The notes under the pieces: generated by a model
The model's database searches: none
Seen by the model: only the letters and a program-made list of their open reading frames with translations
What the model was told of the DNA's origin: nothing
Translations under genes and position numbers: made by a program
From: an uncultured Candidatus Saccharibacteria bacterium
GTDB lineage: Bacteria > Patescibacteriota > Dojkabacteria > J137
DNA: 33,708 bases
Assembly: GCA_964437465.1 (NCBI GenBank)
Contig: CAYTGI010000008.1
Location: forward strand, 1-33,708
Reading direction: 5' to 3'
Shown: one piece after another, positions 8,992 through 18,576 of the stretch
How positions within the stretch are numbered: position 1 is the first letter of the stretch
Layout: each line of letters opens with the position of its first letter

Positions 8992-9645
8992 ATGGAAGAA
9001 GACAATTCAAAAAAACAAGGTATCTCCTGCAGATCGTTAAGCTGCTTTATTTTAATCATTCTATCAGTTTGTTTTTTAAGTGTTTTCTTTATTATCTTTT
9101 CAAAGCCACCTGCAATTTGGGAAATAATAGTTGATTACAATAATAAGGACGGAGGACTAAATTATGAATTAGAAATTACAAAAGAGGAAGCTCAAGAACT
9201 AATTGAATCACAGATCGATGAGATTGGTGAAAATGTAATTGAAATTCCTGAAGATTACGTATCAGTTTTAGCAAGAGACAGTTTTTCTGAGTTAAAAAAT
9301 CTTACTGTTGATATGGAAGAAGATAAAATGAAGTTATATTGGTCAATTGAGCAGATCGAAACCCCAAAGCCTTTAATAGGATATGCTGAAATAAGAAAAA
9401 ATATTGATAACGAACTCTATGTAGAACAGCTAGGTACTCCAAGGTTTAGACTACCTAGAGCTTTGAATAATTCTTTATCGACTGCAGCATTAGCTGTATT
9501 TAGCTTTGGAGAAGAAAAGGCTGAAAATAACAATCTTTTATACAAAATACTTTCAGCTGATGATTCAGTTCAAATTAATGATGTAAACTTCAAAGAAGAT
9601 GTTTTAGAAATAATAATTAATGTAGAAGTGAGACTATATGATTAA
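8992..9645 (+). CDS. Hypothetical protein with N-terminal membrane anchor
   Basis: 217 aa; Cys-containing TM (CRSLSCFILIIL) then an acidic domain; overlaps the holA start. Confidence 0.75.
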   Translation: MEEDNSKKQGISCRSLSCFILIILSVCFLSVFFIIFSKPPAIWEIIVDYNNKDGGLNYELEITKEEAQELIESQIDEIGENVIEIPEDYVSVLARDSFSELKNLTVDMEEDKMKLYWSIEQIETPKPLIGYAEIRKNIDNELYVEQLGTPRFRLPRALNNSLSTAALAVFSFGEEKAENNNLLYKILSADDSVQINDVNFKEDVLEIIINVEVRLYD

Positions 9646-10579
9646 AGTTTTTTCTGGAACAGACACTTACGAAAGCTTTATTGCCGCTGTAAGTGAGGCG
9701 AAAAAAATAGCAAAAAAAGAATCTGCTACAATCTCGTATATTAACGGGGATGAATTAAATTCTATCGAAGAAATTTTTGCAAAGACTGAAGGAATCGGCT
9801 TATTTAATGATAAATCAATTTTCATAGTAAAAAGACTTTTCACAAAAGCTTCAGTTGAAGAAGAGTTCACTCAAAACTTTGAAAGATTAGATAAAGATGA
9901 CCTTATAATTTGGATTCCAGAGAAGATCGATTCAAGAAAAAAATTTGCAAAACTACTTAAGAAAGAGAAAAGGTTAAATATTTACGATGAAGGTAAAAGC
10001 TGGCAGATAGAGAAGTGGCTTGAAAACTATCTAAAAAAATTCAGTTTTAAATTAACAAAAGATCAGATAATTTTTCTTCTTCAAATTTCTGAAAATAATA
10101 AATGGTTAATAAGATCCGAACTGAATAAAATAGATATCTATTGTAAGAAAAACGAAAAAAATGAACTCACTAAAGAGGAACTAAATAAGATAACAGGTGC
10201 TGAGAGTTCAGGAAATATTTGGGAATTTCTGAATTTCTTTAGTTCAAAAAGTACTACAAAAGCGAAACAAGAGTTAAACAAAATACTCAGATATAGTGAC
10301 CTTTCACAATATGTAATCTCAATGCTAAATAGAGAACTTCAAATGCTTCTTGATGTAAAATGTATAAAGGAAGAAAATGGAGAATTGAAGCTTTTAAAAT
10401 TACACCCTTTTGTTTTGCAAAAAGCTGTTAAGAATTCTGAGAATTTTTCACTTGATGAGATAGAAAAACTATCAAATAGTCTTTTTAATCTTGACTTATC
10501 AATAAAAAATGGTGAAATAAATAGTTCTATTGGATTAAACTTATATTTAGATGGTCTTAATAAAAAATACTTTTTCTAA
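9638..10579 (+). CDS. holA: DNA polymerase III delta subunit
   Basis: GLFNDK.IFIVK, KIDSRKK, SELNKIDIY, NIWEF, LHPFVLQK, LDLSIKNG are typical of HolA. Confidence 0.88.
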   Translation: MIKVFSGTDTYESFIAAVSEAKKIAKKESATISYINGDELNSIEEIFAKTEGIGLFNDKSIFIVKRLFTKASVEEEFTQNFERLDKDDLIIWIPEKIDSRKKFAKLLKKEKRLNIYDEGKSWQIEKWLENYLKKFSFKLTKDQIIFLLQISENNKWLIRSELNKIDIYCKKNEKNELTKEELNKITGAESSGNIWEFLNFFSSKSTTKAKQELNKILRYSDLSQYVISMLNRELQMLLDVKCIKEENGELKLLKLHPFVLQKAVKNSENFSLDEIEKLSNSLFNLDLSIKNGEINSSIGLNLYLDGLNKKYFF

Positions 10580-11777
10580 AATCATAATTGGAATGGTCTT
10601 AATCATTGCGTTAAGCAATGTTGTGAATGCCCAAGATTTTGACTTAATAACTCCAGAAGAAGTTAATCTAGATATCTCAAAAACACGAATTGACGATAAC
10701 TACAGCCTGCCGACTAGAATAGTCATTACCCCTGTTCATTCTGAAACAGAAATTGCAGGACTAGATGCTGATGAGATGTATAGAGGAATTTATTTCTATA
10801 CAGTTGAGATGCTAGGTTTTAATGATATTCCATACCATTACCTTGTTTCTGAGGACGGAGAGCTTTATAAAGGAAACCAGGGTGGTGATGAAAGAAGACT
10901 AAGGATTAGTGGTATTGGTGACAATGTAGTTTTGATTGGCTATATGACTAGTAAGAGTTCTGCTCGTTTCACAACTGAAGCAAAAGATTCTTTAAAAAAC
11001 CTTGTTACTAATATTTCTAATGTAAATGGTATAAATCCACTTGAAAGAGTAGAGGTTACAGGAGTCAAATTTAATAGAGATGTAGAATCTAGAACTGTTA
11101 CACTTGAGAAAAAAGATTTATTTGGAACTTGGCAAACTGATCTTACTGAAATTACGAACTTTGCTTCTTTACAATATAATCCTCAGGGACGAACCTACCA
11201 AATCGCTGTTAACAACGTGATAATTCCAGATTCTGAAGTTACACCAGGAACAGAAGTAGTAGTGTCTTTAGATATTTCGAATCTTGGTCAATTCGGAATT
11301 TATGGAGGAACAGAAAATGAATTATTATTAACAAAGGTTGGAGAAGGTTCAAGTGCATTCTTTTTAAATAACGAATGGGTAAGTACGACCCAAGTGCCTA
11401 TTATGTCTGAAGATGAATATCTTCTACCTTTTAATAACAGTATCTATGATGTAAGAGTTAAAGCTCCGATTTTCGTCGGGCAGATAACTGAAACATTTGA
11501 AATATTCACTATATCTGGTCAGAAAATAAACACAGAACCTATAACAATTACCCTAAACATTGCCAGAACAGACAGACCAATAGTTCAGATTCAAAATACT
11601 GAGACTGGAGTTCTAAATGTTAGATCCGAACCTTCAAGTGTTGCTCAATCATTTACACAAGTTTCTGCAGGTCAAAGATTTTTCAAAGTCGGAGACGCTG
11701 GAAATGGTTGGATTCAAATAGAACTTGAAGATGGATCAAGAGGTTGGATAGCCAGTTGGTATGCCCAAGAAATATAA
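10551..11777 (+). CDS. Secreted amidase_2/PGRP-like + Ig-like + SH3b protein
   Basis: Signal peptide ending VNA-Q; GFNDIPYHYLVSEDGELYKG (amidase_2); Ig-like VTPGTEVVVSLDISNLG; SH3 LNVRSEPS...GWIQI...GWIASWY. Confidence 0.8.
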   Translation: MVLIKNTFSKIIIGMVLIIALSNVVNAQDFDLITPEEVNLDISKTRIDDNYSLPTRIVITPVHSETEIAGLDADEMYRGIYFYTVEMLGFNDIPYHYLVSEDGELYKGNQGGDERRLRISGIGDNVVLIGYMTSKSSARFTTEAKDSLKNLVTNISNVNGINPLERVEVTGVKFNRDVESRTVTLEKKDLFGTWQTDLTEITNFASLQYNPQGRTYQIAVNNVIIPDSEVTPGTEVVVSLDISNLGQFGIYGGTENELLLTKVGEGSSAFFLNNEWVSTTQVPIMSEDEYLLPFNNSIYDVRVKAPIFVGQITETFEIFTISGQKINTEPITITLNIARTDRPIVQIQNTETGVLNVRSEPSSVAQSFTQVSAGQRFFKVGDAGNGWIQIELEDGSRGWIASWYAQEI

Positions 11778-11832
11778 TAGAATTGATTCTTTTCCTAATA
11801 GGCTTTAGTATAAAGCAGATATATTTTTATAA

Positions 11833-14800
11833 ATGAAAAAGAAAAAATTCTTGCTTATAGGTTTAATTTCAATTTTATTAGTTTTACTACTTTCTGGAGT
11901 ATTTTTATTGAATAATCCTTCTGTTGACAATCTTCGTGTTACTAATATTTCATCAAATTCCGCTACGATTTCTTGGGAGACAGAGGATGATGTTGTTGGA
12001 AAAGTTTTAGTTAAAAGAAATAATACATGGACTCCTATTGATGGATTAATTAATTCTGGTGAGGAACATTATGATGACAGAGATATTGAATTAAATTCAG
12101 AAGGTGAATACGTAAAAAAAGAATTTAATGGAAGAACTATTCACCACGTAACAGTAAGAAAATTAAACCCAGAACAAGAATATTTCTTTAGAGTAGATAC
12201 CGGAAGTAAGATCGTAGACGCAGAAATAAATAGCTTTACAACAGCTCCTGTTCAAGAGTCATTTCCTAGTCCAAAAACAATCGTTGGAAAAGCAGCCCTA
12301 ATAAATGGCGCTGCTCCAACAAACGGAGTTGTTTACTACCAAGTTATTGGAACTAATCCTGAAGATGTTCAATCACAGCCGATTTCTCCAACTGGGACCT
12401 TTTCATTAGATATATCAACACAATTACAAAAATTGGAACCAGATAATGGAGAAATACCTGTAAATATTGATTCTCCAGAAGTAACAATAGATATAATTTC
12501 AGATAGTGGATCAATTAAATTAGACTATACTTTCCCAGCTGATTTGACAGAAGCATTTGCAGATATAGGTACTTTAGTATTAGAACCTATTGATGAATCT
12601 TTAATAAATGATATTTCTGTTTCTGATGAGCAAGAATGCGTTTGGTCTTGCAATGGTGCATGTGCATATCCACCAGATGTAAAAAACTTTAATGATGCTC
12701 ATAATGGAAATGGATATTGTAATTGGATGTACGAAGCTGGATGCGGTGCTTGTGCTCCTGAAGAGGAAACTCACAATAATGATAATGGAGGTTCTAGTGG
12801 TGGACAACCAGCTACTGGAGGTGGTGGCGGCGGAGCATGTATTCAGCCAGGAGAGAGTAAAAGTAATTGGAGCGATTGCGATCAGTCTTGTGGAATGAGT
12901 GCTTGTGATGGTAATGGACCTCTACAGTGCTATAGAACTAGTGCAGGAGATAAATGTTTAACTGATGAATCATACAATGCATTAATTAGTGGAGGTAATG
13001 ACAATAGTGGAAATACAGGAGGTTCTGGTGAGACTGGGGGAAATGGAACAGGAGGAAATGAAGGGTCAGGAGGAGGGACTTCTACAGGGCCTTCTTGTGC
13101 TCAGCAATGTCTCCAACAACTAGAAGACGGAACAGGGGGAGATATAGGGACTGCACAGTGTCAAAGAAATTGTGAAGCTGCAGGTGGTGGTGGAACTGCT
13201 CCAAGCACAACTAGATGCTGGTACATAAACGGATCAGCTTGCACCATAAAGACAGTATTTAATAGAGATTGTAGAACAAGCGAAGGGGAATACCCTATGT
13301 CCCAAAGTAATCGATGTTCAAGAGATGCTAGGGCAGCAACTGAAGTGGAGCCAAGACCTGCATGTAATGGCTTTTGGGTTGTTGGAAACTCTTGTAATAA
13401 TCCTAATGCAGGAGTAATCCAGAATTATACAAATTCTGAAGGCCTCCTTGAGGTATGTTGTAGAACTAATTCTTCCGGTGGCGGAGATGATCAGGGTAAT
13501 AACTCAGATGAGGGAATGGAAAATCAAAGACCAGCTTGTAATGGATATTGGGTTGTTGGAAACTCTTGTAATAACCCTAATGCAGGAGTAATTCAATCTT
13601 TTACGAATTCAAATGGCCAAGGAGAGGTTTGTTGTAGAACTAATCCTTCAGATGGAGGGAGTAGTCAAGGAGGCAATCAAGATAATAATGAGCCAGAAGT
13701 AACAGTTCCTAGAAATAGAACCTGTTTTGTTGAAGACGAAGATTCACTAGAGGGAAGCTGTTTTAGTGTAAATGAAAGTGAGCTAGATCAGTACGGAGAA
13801 AGCCAATGTATGCTAGATCAACGAGTTTGTATTAATATTGCAAACGCTAATGCTGCAAGAAGGAGACAGGCTCAAGGGGAAGAAGAAGAGGTTCCCTTAT
13901 TGCCCTCTGAAGAAAATGCAGGAGACGATGAGGATACAGATGGAGGTGGAGCACAGAATTCTAATACATGTAGGGATAATGCCGGAGTTGCAAGCTGTCA
14001 AGGTGAAGCTGTTGGTCACACATATGAATCTAATGGAGAAACTTTTGAATGTTATATTTATCAACCAGAAAACCCAACTTATAACTATTGTCTAGGAAGC
14101 CTGATTAGTGAAAGTAATATTAGTCCAGGAGATGAAGAAGAAGATACTTCTGAAGAAACAGATGGAGAGACTTTGGGTCCTTGTAACAGTGATGATGTTT
14201 GCCAATCTGTTCCAAGAAGGGATGATGCGACTTGTTTAAATGGAACAATACCTTCTGTTTGTTGTCCTCCAAACAATAGAATTAGTTTTATAGGTAGTGA
14301 TGTTTTTTGTGCTCCAATTCCTGAAGAAGAACCAATAACACAAACTCAGTCCCAAATAACCTGCAATAGTGGCGATATAGTTGAAGCTAATAGAAGTCAA
14401 TGTACAGCATTTTTTGGAAGTAATAATGCCGATTATGCTGAATTTGAAGTTAACGGAAACTCTGTAACTTGTGTATTTTTTAATGCAGATGGAAATGAGG
14501 TTGGAAGACAAACTATTGTTTTTAGAGGATGTAATAATGAAGGCTTTAGTAGAAATAATACCAATTACTCTCCGTTTAATTTTGTAGTGCCTAAAGTCTC
14601 AGCTCAAACTGATGATGATCCACCTGCTCCTGAGATAATTGACCCAACCCTTCTACAAAAAGGCCTATATGTAGTTGAAGTTCCAGGATACGAGACTGCT
14701 GAATTCGAGATCTTCTACGATAATATCCGAGTTAGTTATTTTGAGGACCAGAATGCAGATGGAATAAAACAAGCTAATGAGCCAAACTTAGATCCAAATA

Positions 14801-15387
14801 TTTATGAAATTAAATTATCTCAAACTGCTTCAATAGCAACTAGAGAGCTTAGTAGAGGATGGAATCTTCTAGGATTTGAAATTTTTTCCGAAGAGTATGA
14901 TTCTGCAGCAGAACTAATCTCCTATCTAGCTGATCAAGGAATTTTTGTAGAACAGATATCTCAGTATGACAGCGGTAACTGGATTCACTTTATTCAAACA
15001 ACTAACTCAGTAGGTCAACCAGAAGTATACGGAGCTAGTTTTAACTTGGTTCCTGGTAAAAGCTATTTTGTAAGATCATTAAGTACTGGGACCGCAGCTT
15101 TCAAGGGACAAGAATTCACAAGTTCAGTACCAATAAAACTTAATACGGGATGGAACTTAGTAAGTATCCAATCTGCAGTTAACTATACAGCGCAAACAGT
15201 ATTACAATTGTGTGGTGCTAATAGTATTTTCTGTACAAATGTAAGTCAATGGATTGACGGTGCTGGCTATTATGACTCCTATGAATCTGTTGATGGAACT
15301 TCATTTGGAAATAATTTTATTATATATGAAAATAGAGGCTACTTTATTAAAGTAGAAAGCGATGGATCATTCACTATTAATCCTTAA
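11833..15387 (+). CDS. Large surface protein: TM anchor, FN3-like domain, Cys/Gly-rich cassette, DxNxDG motif, two GWNL repeats
   Basis: RVTNISSNSATISWET...HHVTVRKLNPEQEYFFRV (FN3/PAP-N); Cys-rich 12637..14532; FEDQNADGIKQANEP; LSRGWNLLG and LNTGWNLVS. Confidence 0.85.
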   Translation: MKKKKFLLIGLISILLVLLLSGVFLLNNPSVDNLRVTNISSNSATISWETEDDVVGKVLVKRNNTWTPIDGLINSGEEHYDDRDIELNSEGEYVKKEFNGRTIHHVTVRKLNPEQEYFFRVDTGSKIVDAEINSFTTAPVQESFPSPKTIVGKAALINGAAPTNGVVYYQVIGTNPEDVQSQPISPTGTFSLDISTQLQKLEPDNGEIPVNIDSPEVTIDIISDSGSIKLDYTFPADLTEAFADIGTLVLEPIDESLINDISVSDEQECVWSCNGACAYPPDVKNFNDAHNGNGYCNWMYEAGCGACAPEEETHNNDNGGSSGGQPATGGGGGGACIQPGESKSNWSDCDQSCGMSACDGNGPLQCYRTSAGDKCLTDESYNALISGGNDNSGNTGGSGETGGNGTGGNEGSGGGTSTGPSCAQQCLQQLEDGTGGDIGTAQCQRNCEAAGGGGTAPSTTRCWYINGSACTIKTVFNRDCRTSEGEYPMSQSNRCSRDARAATEVEPRPACNGFWVVGNSCNNPNAGVIQNYTNSEGLLEVCCRTNSSGGGDDQGNNSDEGMENQRPACNGYWVVGNSCNNPNAGVIQSFTNSNGQGEVCCRTNPSDGGSSQGGNQDNNEPEVTVPRNRTCFVEDEDSLEGSCFSVNESELDQYGESQCMLDQRVCINIANANAARRRQAQGEEEEVPLLPSEENAGDDEDTDGGGAQNSNTCRDNAGVASCQGEAVGHTYESNGETFECYIYQPENPTYNYCLGSLISESNISPGDEEEDTSEETDGETLGPCNSDDVCQSVPRRDDATCLNGTIPSVCCPPNNRISFIGSDVFCAPIPEEEPITQTQSQITCNSGDIVEANRSQCTAFFGSNNADYAEFEVNGNSVTCVFFNADGNEVGRQTIVFRGCNNEGFSRNNTNYSPFNFVVPKVSAQTDDDPPAPEIIDPTLLQKGLYVVEVPGYETAEFEIFYDNIRVSYFEDQNADGIKQANEPNLDPNIYEIKLSQTASIATRELSRGWNLLGFEIFSEEYDSAAELISYLADQGIFVEQISQYDSGNWIHFIQTTNSVGQPEVYGASFNLVPGKSYFVRSLSTGTAAFKGQEFTSSVPIKLNTGWNLVSIQSAVNYTAQTVLQLCGANSIFCTNVSQWIDGAGYYDSYESVDGTSFGNNFIIYENRGYFIKVESDGSFTINP
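13354..13644 (+). repeat. Intragenic duplication of a 39-aa four-Cys module
   Basis: 13354..13470 and 13528..13644 both encode RPACNG(F/Y)WVVGNSCNNPNAGVIQxxTNSxGxxEVCCRTN. Confidence 0.9.
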
Positions 15388-15389
15388 CT

Positions 15390-16442
15390 ATGAGATTAAA
15401 AGAAAATGGGACAATCATACTAACTGTATTTTTTCTCATTCTGATTGCAATTTTAGGATTTATTAGTTTATATATTTTTTCTTTATCAGAAGATCAAGAC
15501 GATGTTGGGGTTTCTGATACTGAAGGTCCACCGCCAAAAGAGGTAATAATTAGTAATCTAACAAATTCATCTGCCACTATATCTTGGGTTACAGATACCC
15601 CTTCAATAGGTTATGTAAAATATGGAGAAAGTGTTTCCGAAATAGAATCAACTGCTAATGATGTTCAAGGGGATGGTGTAAACGCAAATCAAAATCTTCA
15701 CTATGTGAGATTAACAAGTTTAGACCCTGGTCAAGAATATTTTGTTGAGATATATAATAATGACACTGCTTTTAATAATGCAGGGGAGTTCTATAAATTT
15801 ACTACTTTTGAAAATAACGATATTTCAACACCAAATACATTAAGAGTATCTTTACCTTCAGGAACAACAAACGCAATAGTTTACGCTCATGCATCAAACG
15901 GAGGGAGTACTTCAACAGTTTCTTCATTAAGAGCTACCAATGAATCTGTTTTATTACAGTTGAATAATTTAAAAGACAAAGTTAATGGGGATGAATACAA
16001 TTTAGATGGTAATCTTATCAGGATTTTTGCTACTGCTACTGATGGAACTAGGTATGCAAGAGATATAGAAAAATTTGATGAGATTATCGCATTTAGCCAA
16101 GCAGATACAGTTGCTTCGTTCTATGATCCAAACGCAGTTATTGGAACAATTGTAGCAGAAGAACCTGAACCAATTCCTGAACCTGAGCCAGAACCTACTA
16201 CAGAACCTGTTCCAGATCCTGTTCCAACACCACAACCTCAACCAACTCCACAGCCTGTACCTCAGCCACAACCTACACTTCCTCCTGCAGGGGGAGAAGA
16301 ACCTAATGTCCCTGTAAATGATATTAACAATATCCCTGACACTGCAATTAGTAGTGAAATATTGTCTAGTTTTGGATCAATTTTAGGAGGGTTACTATTA
16401 GCTGCATTTGGATTAAGTTTTTGGAGAGAAAAAAAATCTTAG
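15390..16442 (+). CDS. FN3-domain surface protein with Pro-rich stalk and sortase-type sorting signal (IPDTA)
   Basis: N-terminal TM; ISNLTNSSATISWVT...HYVRLTSLDPGQEY; PE/PQ stalk; IPDTA (16332..16346), hydrophobic stretch, REKKS tail. Confidence 0.85.
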   Translation: MRLKENGTIILTVFFLILIAILGFISLYIFSLSEDQDDVGVSDTEGPPPKEVIISNLTNSSATISWVTDTPSIGYVKYGESVSEIESTANDVQGDGVNANQNLHYVRLTSLDPGQEYFVEIYNNDTAFNNAGEFYKFTTFENNDISTPNTLRVSLPSGTTNAIVYAHASNGGSTSTVSSLRATNESVLLQLNNLKDKVNGDEYNLDGNLIRIFATATDGTRYARDIEKFDEIIAFSQADTVASFYDPNAVIGTIVAEEPEPIPEPEPEPTTEPVPDPVPTPQPQPTPQPVPQPQPTLPPAGGEEPNVPVNDINNIPDTAISSEILSSFGSILGGLLLAAFGLSFWREKKS

Positions 16443-17710
16443 CTTTCTAAAATTTTCTTTATTCCAGTAGCTAATTCTCTAGCTCTTTCTTGATTCATAT
16501 TTATACTTGTTGGTAGGTTCATCGTTAGACCAGTCTTGGTTTCAGTTGTAGGAGTAAGCTTAGGAACATAACAAAGTTTTTCATATGTTTTTAAATTAAC
16601 ACTTGATCCGTAAAGAGGAGAAGCGAACCAATTACCTAAAGTAACCCTTACATCTCTTGAAAAGTCCCAGACCTTTTTAAACTTTTCTTCATCTGGAACT
16701 AGAATAGGATATCTAAGATAAACTCTTGAATCAGTAATTGTTTCATTATCTGAATATGGTGCAAGGTGAAGGTGATATATAATTGAAATTGCCTGTCTAT
16801 GAGAATTATATTTTTCTAACTTTCTTAACTGCACAAGTCCTAACCTAGATAGGGCAGGGGACATTTTCGCTGGAAACCAGTCTGGTTTCTCAGACTTATT
16901 TTCTCTCTCTTCAACCATGATTCCTAAAAACCCAAGCTTTCTCCAAATTGATCTTATTAAAGCTCCAATTGTAAATCTGCCTACTCCAACAGAATGAAGT
17001 GGTATTGCTATGTACCAAAAGATAGGATTTAACAATGATTTAATGGTTTGCTTAGTTGGAAATTCAGGAAGCTTTTCAATTTTTTCAAATAAACTGTTTG
17101 ATAAAGTTTCGTTATTTGTGAAAACTGCTCCACCTCTAACCGTAGACATTACTTTTTCAATTCCGAAAGTTGTAAAGCCAATATCTCCTTTTAGATTCAG
17201 ATCTTTTTTAATAATGTGAGCAAAGTCTTCAAAAATTAAAATATCATTTCTATTAATCTCATTTAGTTGAGATCTAATATCTTCAACTTCAACTTTTTTT
17301 CCAAAGGTGTGTTGAACAACGATTATTCTAGTTCGTTTTGTTATTACTTCCTTTAAGTTACTATAATCGGCGTTAAAATCTTCTTTTGAAGTATCCAAGT
17401 ATACTGGTTTTGCTCCAGCGAAACTAACAGCATTAGCTACAACAACACAGGTAAAACTAGGAACTATTACCTCATCATCAGATTTAATCCCAATTGACTC
17501 AATCGCTATTTGAAGAGCTGATCTTCCTGAATCAATCAAGTATAGATAATCAATTCCTAAATAACTTTGTAAATCAAATTTGAATTTAGAGCTATAGTCT
17601 TCATTTCTCCAAGACATTGGATTTAGAAGAGTACCTAATGCTACTTTTACATCATCAAACTGAGTGTTCGGAGATGCTGCTGTAAAAATTGATTTTCTAA
17701 AAATACTCAT
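16439..17710 (-). CDS. DegT/DnrJ/EryC1/StrS family PLP aminotransferase
   Basis: SGRSAL, EVIVPSFTC, GAKPVYLD, QHTFG, EDFAH, TFGIEK (PLP Lys), RGG, NLPT. Confidence 0.9.
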   Translation of the reverse strand: MSIFRKSIFTAASPNTQFDDVKVALGTLLNPMSWRNEDYSSKFKFDLQSYLGIDYLYLIDSGRSALQIAIESIGIKSDDEVIVPSFTCVVVANAVSFAGAKPVYLDTSKEDFNADYSNLKEVITKRTRIIVVQHTFGKKVEVEDIRSQLNEINRNDILIFEDFAHIIKKDLNLKGDIGFTTFGIEKVMSTVRGGAVFTNNETLSNSLFEKIEKLPEFPTKQTIKSLLNPIFWYIAIPLHSVGVGRFTIGALIRSIWRKLGFLGIMVEERENKSEKPDWFPAKMSPALSRLGLVQLRKLEKYNSHRQAISIIYHLHLAPYSDNETITDSRVYLRYPILVPDEEKFKKVWDFSRDVRVTLGNWFASPLYGSSVNLKTYEKLCYVPKLTPTTETKTGLTMNLPTSINMNQERARELATGIKKILES

Positions 17711-18576
17711 GAAACTAATTCTCTTAACTTTATAAGTAATTTTATCAGCTTATATTTAGAACTATCTACTATTAAATCAAAAGAGTCCGTGTACTCAAAA
17801 ACCTCTCCTATAAATTTAAACTTAAAGTTTGAGAAACCCTTCTTTTCATCTTCATCTATACCGAACATATCAAATATTTCTAGTCCCCCACTATTTGCCC
17901 ATTTTAAACAATTCCAAACATGAAAAAATGATGCTCTTAGGTTTTTTTGTTTTTCACTTGATCCTGTATATAGATAATAAGCTACAGAATCGTGTTTAAT
18001 AATAAAACTCGATACAAGAAGTTCATCTTGAAAATAAGTTTGAGCAATTACAAGATTATCTTTTGCTGCATCAAAGACAGCTTCTAAGTATTTGTAACCT
18101 CTTGGAGCAACTTTATGTCTTTTCATTGTTGCTTCGTATAAATTTGAAAACTTATTGAAAGATTCTTTATCCGTTCTGAAATATGTGGTTAATCCATCTT
18201 TTTCCCCTTTACGAATATAATATCTATCCTTTCTTTTCATATCTGATAAGAATTCATCCTCACTAAAACCAAGCTTTACTATGTATGTTTTTCGTAACTG
18301 AACTGGTTTTGTTGGAACTAGATTTTTATCAAGTTCTTCCTTGTTAACTGGATCAATTTGTATATGTGATAATTTCTTTTTATTTCCAATTTCTTGTAGC
18401 TCTTCTAACAATTGATCATCCACAACTGGTCGTGACATGTATCCAATTCTAAACCCTAGAATAGGAACCTTAGATATTGTTCCCCAGGCTTTTGAAGTCT
18501 CAAAAATCTCATAACCTTGATTGATTTTACTCCGCTTCCAAATATCTGATTGTAGTAAATGATTAATATCTATCAT
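17707..18576 (-). CDS. FemAB/FemX-like peptidyltransferase (GNAT fold)
   Basis: HLLQSDIW, MKRKDRYYIRKGEKDG, YYLYTGS, FDMFG, GFSNFKFKFIG. Start at ATG 18576 preferred; ATGA-coupled to the DegT gene. Confidence 0.85.
   Translation of the reverse strand: MIDINHLLQSDIWKRSKINQGYEIFETSKAWGTISKVPILGFRIGYMSRPVVDDQLLEELQEIGNKKKLSHIQIDPVNKEELDKNLVPTKPVQLRKTYIVKLGFSEDEFLSDMKRKDRYYIRKGEKDGLTTYFRTDKESFNKFSNLYEATMKRHKVAPRGYKYLEAVFDAAKDNLVIAQTYFQDELLVSSFIIKHDSVAYYLYTGSSEKQKNLRASFFHVWNCLKWANSGGLEIFDMFGIDEDEKKGFSNFKFKFIGEVFEYTDSFDLIVDSSKYKLIKLLIKLRELVS

Noticed and set aside
12601-16271. Short ORFs inside the two FN3 genes, including the Trp/Arg-rich 16002..16271
   Set aside because: Alternative-frame or antisense readings; the Trp/Arg pattern is the reverse complement of Pro-rich codons.
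16159-16290. Periodic CCT/CCA/CAA DNA
   Set aside because: Explained by the PE/PQ/PT stalk of the encoded protein.
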